NCBI GenBank assembly: GCA_040755095.1
Contig: JBFMBH010000005.1
Coordinates: 479-64,478 of the forward strand
Direction: 5' to 3'
Length of the DNA: 64,000 bases
Origin: Thermodesulfobacteriota bacterium
Lineage (GTDB): Bacteria; Desulfobacterota; Desulfobulbia; Desulfobulbales; JBFMBH01
In this document: one piece after another, positions 10,601-17,934 of the stretch
How the letters are laid out: each line of letters starts with the position of its first letter
Numbering within the stretch: position 1 is the first letter of the stretch
Notes under the pieces: model-generated
Told to the model about the DNA's origin: nothing
The model's database searches: none
The model's input: only the letters and a program-made list of their open reading frames with translations
Program-made: the position numbers and the translations under genes

Positions 10601-13600
10601 GCCGTCGGCAACGTAATTGGCTTCGCCGGTCCAGGCCAGGGTGGGCGGGTTGTTGGTGACCGTGAGGCTGCCGCCAGCCACCGGCGCGCCGGTGGCCTCG
10701 AAGGTCCCGTCCTGGGCGGAGAAGCGGTACGGGATGCTGCCATCGCCCGCCATGCTCACCGCCAGGGTCAAGGTGTACCGCTTGCCGTCGGAATAGGTGG
10801 TGTCGCCGGCATCGGCGGCAGTCATGGCGTGCTTTTCGCTGGGGCCGTATGTCCCGTTGTCGTCGGCATCCACCCAGACCTCCATCGCCACCGGCGGGTC
10901 GTTGTCGGCATCGGTGTAGTCGACCCGGAAGACAAAGCCGGTGCCGCTGCCGCCGCTGTCCGGGCTGACGCCGTCGGCGGTGTAGCCGGCTTCGCCGGTC
11001 CAGGCCAGGCTGGGCGCGCTCACGGCCGAGCGGTACTCGTCGGCGCCGAGGTCATCCGCCGCCCCCTGGGGCCGGGCATCGCCGTCGAGATCCGTGGCCG
11101 GCGCGTAGGCGGCGTTGCCGTGGTCGACGGCCGCCGAGACGCTCTGGAGGTGGAAGTCGCCGGCCGCCGCATCCACGAACAGGGGGTCGCTGTCCGACAG
11201 ATAGCCCTCGACGGTGAGGGTGTAGGCGGCTCCGGTGTGGTCCAGGTACGGGCGGTTGGTGAAGATGCCGTCGTGGCCGCTGGCCAGGAGGGCGTCCTGG
11301 ATGGTGACCGAGCCGGCGTTGAAATGGACGACATGGCCGCCGCTGGTGGCGCTGTTGTCCCAGAGGATGCAGTTCCGGAAGACGCTGCTGGCGCCCTGGT
11401 TGTAGATGACGCCGCCGCTGCCGGCCGTAGCCTGGTTGCCGGCAAAGGTGGAGTTGACTGCGGTCAGGCTGCCGGTGTTGACGTAGGAAACGCCGCCCTG
11501 GGTGCCCCGGTTGTTGGCCACCAGGCAGCTCTCGAACAGGATGCTGGTGCCGGCGTTGGACGGGTAGACCACGCCACTGGTACCGCTGGCCGTATTGCCG
11601 GTGATGGTGCAACGGACGAAGCTGGCGCCGGAGCCGTTGGCATACACCGCACCACCGGCACCGGTCGCGGTGTTGTCCTTGAGGACGACATCGATGAAGT
11701 CCGCAGAGCCGTTCTGGGAGAAGACCGCACCACCGCCGCCACTGGCGGTGTTGTTGCGGATGGTGCAGTTGGTGAAGGAATGACCAGTGGCCGCATTGAA
11801 GAAGGCACCGGCGCCGTTGCCGGCGGTGTTGTTGTAGATCTCCGAATTGGTGATGGTGGCCACTGCCGCGATGTTGGCGGTGTAGATGCCGCCGCCGTTG
11901 GCGCCCGGGTTGTTGTTGCTGTGGATCTTGCAGTTGTTCACCGTGGCGGTGGCGGAGTTGAAGTAGACACCGATGGTGCCGCCGGTGACGGTGAAGCCGT
12001 CCAGCAGGTTGCCGGAGTTGCTCAAGAACAGCACCACGGTGCCCGGGTTGCTGATCGTGGTCACCTCGGGGCCGCAGACCGAGCGGACCGTGGTGTCGGC
12101 ATCATTGACTCCGGAGAAGGACAGGTTCTCGTTGTAGGTCCCGTCGTAGACCAGGACCGTGTGGGCGCCGTCGACGGCATCGATCGCCCCCTGGATGGTG
12201 GCATACCAGCCTACGCCGCCGCCCGGCCGCACCTTTTGGGCATTGACCACGGTCAGGGTGCTGCCGGTGACCGGCGTGCCGATGGCCGGGTCTGTGCCGT
12301 CCGAGGCGGCGAAGCGGTACGCGAGGACATTGTCGCCGGCCAGGGCCAGGGACATGGTCTTCTTGTACAGCTTGCCATCGGCGCAATTGGCGTCACCGGG
12401 ATCGTCGGCACTGAGATTGTACTTCTCGCCCGGCTCGTAGGCGCTGTTGTCGTTGACATCCACCCAGACCTGGATGTCGCTGGCCGCTGGCGGGCACTGA
12501 TTCTCGGGGTCGGTATAGCGGACGAAAAACTCGAAGTCGGCGCCCGTGGCGCCTGCCGCGGGCTTCACCCCTTCGGCCCGGCAGGTGGCCGCCACCCACT
12601 CCAGAAGCGGTGGGCTGTTGGCCCCGGCCACCACGCTGAAGGTGCTGTCCGCGGCCGGCAGCCCGGTGGCGGCGCTGCTGCCGTCGCTGGCATAGAAGCG
12701 GTAGCCAAGAGTGCCGTCGCCGGCAAAGGCTACCGCCCTGGTGGTGGCGTAGAGCTTGCCGTCGGCATAATTGGTGTCGCCGCCGTCCATCGCGGTCAGG
12801 TCGTGCTTCTCTCCAGCCTCGTACGAGCCGTTGTCGTTGGCGTCGATCCAGACCTGGATGCTCGCCGGCGCCTGGTTGTCGGCATCGGTGTAGCTGACCC
12901 GGAAGGTGAAGCTGGCGCCGTTACCGCCGGTATTGGGGCTGACGCCGTCGTCGGTGAAGGATGCCTCGCCGGTCCAGGCCAGGGTCGGGCCGTTGTTGAG
13001 GATGGTCACGGAGCCATCGCCAGTGGGGGCACCGGTGGCGCTGTTGCTGCCGTCCGAGGCGGTGAAGCGGTAGCGGATGATGTTGTCGCCGGCACTGGTC
13101 AGGGTGAGGCTCTTGGTATAGATCTTGCCGTTCATGACATTGACGTCGCCGGCATCGACCCCGGTCATGGCGTGCTTTTCGCCCGCCTCGTAGGAGCCGT
13201 TGTCGTTGGCATCCACCCAGACCTCGACGAAGCTGGGCGGCTCATTGTTGAAGTCTGTGTATTCCACCCGGAAGGTGAAGGTGGAGGAGGAAGGACCGCT
13301 GTCCGGGCTGGCGCCATCGGCGGTGTAGCCGGTCTCGCCGGTCCAGGAGAGGAAGGGGGCCTGATCCGTGCTCTGGTATGGATTCCGGTCCTTGCCCTCC
13401 AGGTTGTTGTTGCCATGGCAGCCGACACAGATATTGGTCACCGAGTGGTTGATCCAGGCGGTGCCGTCGCTGGCCGCCAGGGGCACATCGGCGGGATCGG
13501 GCGGAACGGGAGCGCCCAGGATGGTGGTGATGGCGTTCTTGTACCAGATCTCCAGGCCCGGCTCGCGGCCGGTGAGCTTGCCGTCCCGGACCATGGCCAA

Positions 13601-15412
13601 CCGCGTGGAGCCATGGACGTTATGACAGTTGGGACAGGTCATCAGGCTGGTGTTGCCGCCGCTCCAGTCCGCCGGATACTGGTAGTTGTTGATCACCATG
13701 TGGTACTCGTGGCGGTTGACGCCAGCGGTGACTAGGTTGGTGCTCATGTTGCTGGAGCTGAGGAACGGGCCCGAGTCGTGGCAGTTGTAGCACAGTCGGG
13801 ACTGGTTGATCAGGTTGCCGGAGTTGGGGGGCCGCGGGACCAGCATGGGCTCCCGGGTGCTGGTGCCGGTGCCCTGGCCCATGCCCACCAGCTTCAGCCG
13901 GAACCCCTCCCGGTAGACGCTGGGGTCGGTGGTCGCCGATTCACCGTCGTCAAAGGTCCTGGGGTCCGCGTCGATGTTGTGGTCGCTGGCGTAATCGTGG
14001 CAGGAGTCGCAGTGCACCGGCCGTCCGGCCAGGGTCTGGATTCCCCCTTTCGAGGGGTAGTTTTCGCCGGCCACCAGGCCGTGGCCGGTCTTGTAGTAGC
14101 CCCAGCCGGTGCCGTAGGTGTAGCTGCCGTCCTCGTCGCCCACCACGTTGGGGGCGCTCACGCCATAGATCTCGGAAGGCTCCTTGTCATGGCAGGTGGC
14201 GCACCACTTCTCCTTGCCCGACCGCAAGGTGCTGTTGTTGGTGGCCAGATAGACGCCGGCATCCCAGTTGGCCTTGGCGCCGAGGATCGGATCGTCGACC
14301 CCGTCGTAATCGCCGCCCGGAGAGTGGCAGGGGTTGCAGACCGTGGTGGCGGCCAGGGTGGTGGCGCTGTCCTTGAAGTTGGGGAAGGCGTTGGTGTCGT
14401 GGCAGCCGTCGCAGCCGATGTTCGGGCCTTTGGCGTCGTCGGTGTCGTTCTCGGTGTGGGTGGAGTGGCTGGCAAAGGTGCCGGCGCCACCCGTGGCGCC
14501 GCCGTAGCCCAGGTCGTGGCCGTGGCAGTCCGGGCAGGTGCCGCCCCCGACGCCGCTGCCGTGGGCAAAGCCGTTGTCGTGGCTGTGGCAGGGGATGCAG
14601 TACGCGCCGGCCTGGCCGCCGCGCACGTTGGTGTGCAACTGGTCCGGGGCCGAGCCGTCGTTGCGGAAATGCCGGGGCAGGGTGTGGCAGACCTCGCAGA
14701 CCCCGTCGTAGACGGCATTGCCATCGGCGTAGGAGTTGGCGCCCTCCTTGCGGAAGAACTTCACGGTCTTCGTGCCGCTGTTGGGGGTGGGCAGGCTGGA
14801 CTTCACCAGCTTGCCGTAGAAGATGGCAAAGGTGTTGCCGGCACTGGCCTTGCCGAGCTCCATGGCCGGATCCACGGTCAGGGTCTCGGCGGAGTTGCCG
14901 GTGATCCGGTAGTTGTACGAGATCTGGCTGGTGTTGGGCATGAGGATGTAGCCCACCAGCGCATCCGGCTCCCAGCCGGCGCCGTCCATGGTCAGGGTGG
15001 TGGCGGTCAGTCCGGTGGAGGTCCCGGTGGCCACGTAGCTGGCGGCACCGTATGTGCGCATCTGCATCTGGTGGTGGGGCCAGTGGCAGGTCCGGCATTC
15101 GATGGACCAGGTGCCACGCTGGCTGTTGGTGGTCCGGCTGGAGTGGGGCACCACGTAGGGGGCCCGCACGTCGTTGTGGCAGCTCCAGCACAGGTTGTTG
15201 AACGGCGTGTCGTCGATGTTCTGAGGCTCATGATCCACCCAGGCAGGGTGCTGATCCTCGACGATGTAGTGGCAGGAGTCGCAGCCGATGGTCTCCTGCG
15301 CATAGTGGGGATAGTCGACCCCCAACTGGTCCGCCCGCACCGTCCGAACCCAGCCCCCGGCCAGCACCAGCACGGTGGTCACGGCCAACGCTGTCATCAT
15401 CCTGATCTTCAT
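7610..15412 (-). CDS. Giant secreted multidomain protein (~2,600 aa): 13-haem cytochrome c module + 7 tandem ~124-aa repeats + 2 right-handed parallel beta-helix blocks
   Basis: Signal peptide MKIRMMTALAVTTVLVLAGGWVRTVRA; RBS GAGAGGG before ATG 15412. Thirteen CxxCH motifs between about 13417 and 15283. Repeats start with LAWTGE.GY..DGV.PD. PbH1-like N-x-[ST]-x-x-x-N-x-A-x-x-GG-[AG]-[IV]-[YF] rungs. Both helix blocks end in D.DG..RP......D[LM]GADEY. Confidence 0.9.
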   Translation of the reverse strand: MKIRMMTALAVTTVLVLAGGWVRTVRADQLGVDYPHYAQETIGCDSCHYIVEDQHPAWVDHEPQNIDDTPFNNLCWSCHNDVRAPYVVPHSSRTTNSQRGTWSIECRTCHWPHHQMQMRTYGAASYVATGTSTGLTATTLTMDGAGWEPDALVGYILMPNTSQISYNYRITGNSAETLTVDPAMELGKASAGNTFAIFYGKLVKSSLPTPNSGTKTVKFFRKEGANSYADGNAVYDGVCEVCHTLPRHFRNDGSAPDQLHTNVRGGQAGAYCIPCHSHDNGFAHGSGVGGGTCPDCHGHDLGYGGATGGAGTFASHSTHTENDTDDAKGPNIGCDGCHDTNAFPNFKDSATTLAATTVCNPCHSPGGDYDGVDDPILGAKANWDAGVYLATNNSTLRSGKEKWCATCHDKEPSEIYGVSAPNVVGDEDGSYTYGTGWGYYKTGHGLVAGENYPSKGGIQTLAGRPVHCDSCHDYASDHNIDADPRTFDDGESATTDPSVYREGFRLKLVGMGQGTGTSTREPMLVPRPPNSGNLINQSRLCYNCHDSGPFLSSSNMSTNLVTAGVNRHEYHMVINNYQYPADWSGGNTSLMTCPNCHNVHGSTRLAMVRDGKLTGREPGLEIWYKNAITTILGAPVPPDPADVPLAASDGTAWINHSVTNICVGCHGNNNLEGKDRNPYQSTDQAPFLSWTGETGYTADGASPDSGPSSSTFTFRVEYTDFNNEPPSFVEVWVDANDNGSYEAGEKHAMTGVDAGDVNVMNGKIYTKSLTLTSAGDNIIRYRFTASDGSNSATGAPTGDGSVTILNNGPTLAWTGEASFTDDGVSPNTGGNGASFTFRVSYTDADNQAPASIQVWIDANDNGSYEAGEKHDLTAMDGGDTNYADGKLYATTRAVAFAGDGTLGYRFYASDGSSAATGLPAADSTFSVVAGANSPPLLEWVAATCRAEGVKPAAGATGADFEFFVRYTDPENQCPPAASDIQVWVDVNDNSAYEPGEKYNLSADDPGDANCADGKLYKKTMSLALAGDNVLAYRFAASDGTDPAIGTPVTGSTLTVVNAQKVRPGGGVGWYATIQGAIDAVDGAHTVLVYDGTYNENLSFSGVNDADTTVRSVCGPEVTTISNPGTVVLFLSNSGNLLDGFTVTGGTIGVYFNSATATVNNCKIHSNNNPGANGGGIYTANIAAVATITNSEIYNNTAGNGAGAFFNAATGHSFTNCTIRNNTASGGGGAVFSQNGSADFIDVVLKDNTATGAGGAVYANGSGASFVRCTITGNTASGTSGVVYPSNAGTSILFESCLVANNRGTQGGVSYVNTGSLTAVNSTFAGNQATAGSGGVIYNQGASSVFRNCILWDNSATSGGHVVHFNAGSVTIQDALLASGHDGIFTNRPYLDHTGAAYTLTVEGYLSDSDPLFVDAAAGDFHLQSVSAAVDHGNAAYAPATDLDGDARPQGAADDLGADEYRSAVSAPSLAWTGEAGYTADGVSPDSGGSGTGFVFRVDYTDADNDPPVAMEVWVDADDNGTYGPSEKHAMTAADAGDTTYSDGKRYTLTLAVSMAGDGSIPYRFSAQDGTFEATGAPVAGGSLTVTNNPPTLAWTGEANYVADGVHPDSAIGGTSFAFRVDYTDADNTAPAFIEVWVDADDNNTYGAGEKHALTATDGGDATYSDGKRYAAAVPVLFAGDGSLKYRFFASDGSDDATGLPTADQTLTVTNNAPTLAWTGEAGYASDGVNPDSGPDASSFQFRVDYTDTDNTLPALIQVWVDANDNSTYEPGEKMALTATDAGDTTVTDGKRYAATQPLAYTGDGVYTYRFFANDGTADATGPPTANSTVTVTFTPNNAPTLAWTGEAGYTADGVAPDSGPGGNTFVFRVSYSDTDNDAPSAVQVWIDANDNLAYEAGEKHDMTAVDAGDTTYTDGKLFTASRAVAYNGDGTLKYRFYAQDTEAAEATGTPADPGGTLTVVNPITVCASGCDYTSIQGAISSGSTPSGAYILVKNGTYSENVNFGGKNVYVYSENGAANTTIQGAAGNNPVLTFSNGETASAVVDGFTIDNQFSGAEKDRGIFISNNAAPTIKNCIVKGHTPANNYNGGAGIHIDGGGATIDSCTIGDAVAPNSSRYGSGVYAANAGGALTITNSSLVSNQTIFMGGAIYLNNRSSTTTITGTTVSNNTAGQHAGGIYCANSPLVINSSTIEYNSTPTNYEGGGLYLTGAATTLTITGPTSISHNSSRHGPGIYANGIGTVSVSDTTLNANTSSTGMGGGMHLTAMTSSITVTNTAITNNSTSAQGAGIYLSAGTSLTFSLTNCTIDTNTVTNTAGSDGGGLYLAASNVAGLTLTANITGGTISNNSARNSGGIHTAVSGTNSPALVLNITGTTIQENEAINGYGGGLTVAGNATASVSKAWLRANKAKTYGGGIYNTATATVTNSMITGNLIEGVSYNDGGGVYTSGTMSLYSSTVAGNRAARNGGGWQGGGTIRNSIFWGNTAGGTNHQINGSPTTTYTDIAGGCTACVDKTGNIDLDPVFVDLQFATAGNPNAGGNFHICRGVDDPVAGCLGASGAIDVAGTANAPADDYDGQGRPYDVAGLGDGTDDYDMGADEYRP
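9530..11008 (-). repeat. Intragenic tandem repeat block B: 4 copies of the same ~124-aa domain
   Basis: The DNA string ctcgccggtccaggccagg (antisense of LAWTGE) recurs near 9885, 10255, 10625 and 10995, and also at 12970. Copies are more alike than those in block A. Confidence 0.85.
12242..13357 (-). repeat. Intragenic tandem repeat block A: 3 copies of a ~124-aa (about 370-bp) domain
   Basis: Protein consensus [LF][AS]WTGE.GYT.DG.SP..G....F.FRV.YTD.DN..P..++VW+D.NDNG.YE.GEKH.+T..D.GD.....GK.Y.......AGD....YRF.ASDGS..ATG.P. The third copy (LLEWVAATCRAEGVKP...) is diverged. Confidence 0.85.
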
Positions 15413-15476
15413 GCCGCCCTCTCTTTGCGATCCTGCGTTGCCAGTCAACCCGCGCACGGCCAACGTGCCTGCGGCC

Positions 15477-17876
15477 CTAAGGGGTCACCCGGAGCACGGC
15501 CCCGTCCGCCAGCAGCGCCGCCGGTGTCAGCCGGCCGTTGGCCACAAAGTCCACCAGGTAGTAGAAGGTGTAGCTGCCCGGCGGCAGGGGTGGCAGCTCC
15601 ACCACCGGCCGGTGGGCGTAGGAGCTTTCGTCCAGGGCTCCCCGCCAGAAGGGCACCAGCCGGCGCTGCCAGATCTGCCGCGTGCTGTCGTAGGCCAGCC
15701 ATTGCTGGCCGGCCCGGATGAGCAGATACCATTCGCAGTTCACTCCCAGGGCAGCGCCCGGGGCCACGGCTACGCTCAGGCGTCCCCGCCCGGCGGCCGC
15801 CAGATCGACCGTATCGAGATCGTTGGCCTTGAGATCCGGCACCGGATAGGGCGAAGGCGCCACGATCGGCGGCAGCGAGACGTCATCCAGCCAGGCCATG
15901 CCGGCCGCTGTCTGCTCCGCCCCTTGCGCCAAGTATTCCCAGCGCAGGACATGGCGGCCCGGCTCCACGGCGAAGCGCTCTTCGTCCCAGTCCCGCTCGC
16001 CGGACCAGCGTCCCCTCTCCTCGCCGTCCACCAGGAAGCGCAGGAGCTGGCCTTCGGGCAGGGTCGAGATCCGGGCCCAGAATCCTACCTCACCCGGGGC
16101 GGTGGCCTCCAGCGCCACCTCCAGGAAGCTGAGTCCCGCATCGCCCACCGCGCCCGCTGCCATGGCCCCGCTGCCGGAGCGGCTGACCCCATTTTGCAGC
16201 TGCCAGGGCGCCACGCCGCCGGAGATCCAGGGCAGGGTCCCCAGCCCGCTCTCGTCAAAGGTCACCAGGCTTGCCGCCGGCAGGAAGCGGGCGGCGGCCG
16301 TCTTGGCCTCGTCCATGGTCAGCTGGCAGCTGGGCTGGGCACCGGTGCAGGCACCGCTCCAGCCGGCAAAGACCTGCTCGGCGCCGGCCGTGGCCACCAG
16401 AGTCACCGGGGTGCCCTCCGGGTACTGGGCGCTGCAGTCGTCCGGGCAGGCAATGCCTGCCGCTGCCACCGAGCCCAGGCCTTGCACCTGAACGGTCAGC
16501 GGCCAGTTGACCGGCTCGGCCCCGAACAGGGCATGGATGATGTGGCTCCGGTCCACGGCCCGGAAGGTGTAGCTGGCCACCGGTCCCTGGGAAACGCCGT
16601 CCACCAGCACGTCAAGGATGGCAAGCCCCGGATCCGGGGTGATCTCGTAGCCTTGATCCTGGCCGTGCAGCACCGGGGAGAGGCCGGGAGGCGAGATGGC
16701 GCCGCCCGGGCTGCTCGTGGCCTCGATCGTATACTCGTTGAGGGCAAAGCGGGCCTCCACCGCGTGGCTCATGAGCACCCGGGGCATGGTCAGCTCGGCC
16801 AGCGGGCCGGCGTCGTCGCCGTCTACCAGCACCGCGGCCACGTGGTAGCCGGCTTCGGCGCTGACCGCCAGGCGCAGGTCCTGGCCGGCGGGCACCGGAA
16901 TGCGGCCCGCCGGTGCAATCCGGCCGCCGGCCCGGGCCCAGGCCTCCACCACCGGGGTGGGGGCAGGGCCGAAGACCTCCACGGTGCCGGCGTTGAGGGA
17001 GGCGACCAGCACCTGGCCGGTGCTGGCCACCGCCACGGACAGGGGGGTGCGCAAGGGGCTCTCCAAGTCGAAGATGGTGCTCAGATGCTCGCCGTCGCCA
17101 GCGAAGACCTGAACCACGTTCTGGTACGCATCGCTGACCAGCACCCGGCCGGCGTCGTCCACGGCCAGGCCCAGGGGCTTGATCAGCAGGCCGTCGCCGA
17201 TGCCAAAGGTGCCGAAGGCGCGCCGGTAGCGGCCCGCCAGATCGAAGACCTGCACCCGCGCCCCTTCATGGGGTCCCATGGCCGAGGTGACCAGGGGCAG
17301 GTCAGCCACCAGAAGCTCGTGCCGGACGTCATCCACGGCCAGGGCCGTGGGGTGGTTGAGCTGCCCGGCGCCACTCCCGGCCCCGGCAAAGGAGAAGAGC
17401 CGCCGGCCGTTCCCGTCATAGACCTTGATCACGCCGTCCCGGTCGTCGGCCACATAGACGGTGCCATTGGCAGCAACGGCAATGGCCAACGGCCGGCCAA
17501 GCTCGCCATCCCCTTGGCCCAGTGCATGGAGTCTCTTGCGGTCGGCGCCGAACACCTGCACCGAGCCGTTGGTCACGCTGCCGGCGAAGATCCGGTCGTC
17601 CGGGCCCACCGCCAGACTGACCGGCTGGGTCAGACCGTCGAGGCCCGGCAGAGACCGTCCCTCCCGATCCCACGCCGCCACCCGGTTCTCACCGGCCGGA
17701 ATGCCGTAGATTCGGTCCTGCCGGTCCAGCGCCATGGCGGTGACCTTGCCGGTGAGGATGGGCGCCTGGCGTCCGAAGCCTTCGGCCGGACCGGCGGCCC
17801 CGGCCGCCGGCAGGAAGGGTGCCAGGACCAGAACAGCCAGCAGCAACAGGATCCCGCATCGCCACGTTCCCTTCAT
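15477..17876 (-). CDS. Secreted NHL-repeat beta-propeller protein with two divergent InlB-B-repeat-like domains and a ~300-aa C-terminal extension
   Basis: Signal peptide MKGTWRCGILLLLAVLVLAPFLPAAGAAG, with ATG at 17876. NHL units such as LGRPLAIAVAANGTVYVADDRDGVIKVYD and KPLGLAVDDAGRVLVSDAYQNVVQVF. InlB-B-like WPLTVQVQGLGSVAAAGIACPDDCSAQYPEGTPVTLVATAGAEQVFAGWSGACTG...CQLTMD. Confidence 0.85.
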   Translation of the reverse strand: MKGTWRCGILLLLAVLVLAPFLPAAGAAGPAEGFGRQAPILTGKVTAMALDRQDRIYGIPAGENRVAAWDREGRSLPGLDGLTQPVSLAVGPDDRIFAGSVTNGSVQVFGADRKRLHALGQGDGELGRPLAIAVAANGTVYVADDRDGVIKVYDGNGRRLFSFAGAGSGAGQLNHPTALAVDDVRHELLVADLPLVTSAMGPHEGARVQVFDLAGRYRRAFGTFGIGDGLLIKPLGLAVDDAGRVLVSDAYQNVVQVFAGDGEHLSTIFDLESPLRTPLSVAVASTGQVLVASLNAGTVEVFGPAPTPVVEAWARAGGRIAPAGRIPVPAGQDLRLAVSAEAGYHVAAVLVDGDDAGPLAELTMPRVLMSHAVEARFALNEYTIEATSSPGGAISPPGLSPVLHGQDQGYEITPDPGLAILDVLVDGVSQGPVASYTFRAVDRSHIIHALFGAEPVNWPLTVQVQGLGSVAAAGIACPDDCSAQYPEGTPVTLVATAGAEQVFAGWSGACTGAQPSCQLTMDEAKTAAARFLPAASLVTFDESGLGTLPWISGGVAPWQLQNGVSRSGSGAMAAGAVGDAGLSFLEVALEATAPGEVGFWARISTLPEGQLLRFLVDGEERGRWSGERDWDEERFAVEPGRHVLRWEYLAQGAEQTAAGMAWLDDVSLPPIVAPSPYPVPDLKANDLDTVDLAAAGRGRLSVAVAPGAALGVNCEWYLLIRAGQQWLAYDSTRQIWQRRLVPFWRGALDESSYAHRPVVELPPLPPGSYTFYYLVDFVANGRLTPAALLADGAVLRVTP

Positions 17877-17934
17877 GATTGCAGACCTCGCCTCGGAATG
17901 GTCGGCCTCTGGAGGTCGGGGAGCCCAGGGGGCC

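Noticed and set aside
9530-13357. Regular ~370-bp DNA periodicity that could be mistaken for a repeat array or CRISPR
   Set aside because: The period is far too long, there is no short repeat/spacer structure, and the units are in-frame protein-domain repeats of the giant gene.
8897-13735. Very long antisense ORFs: 8897..13735 +, 13778..15721 +, 15375..17966 +, 3534..6272 -, 21872..23992 -, 49178..51907 -, 52004..53959 -, 55949..57295 -, 6002..7510 -, 17734..19245 +
   Set aside because: Each lies opposite a gene with clear domain signatures. Their translations are low-complexity Gly/Arg/Ala/Pro/His strings with no recognisable motifs. High G+C suppresses stop codons in the antisense frames, so these are artefacts.
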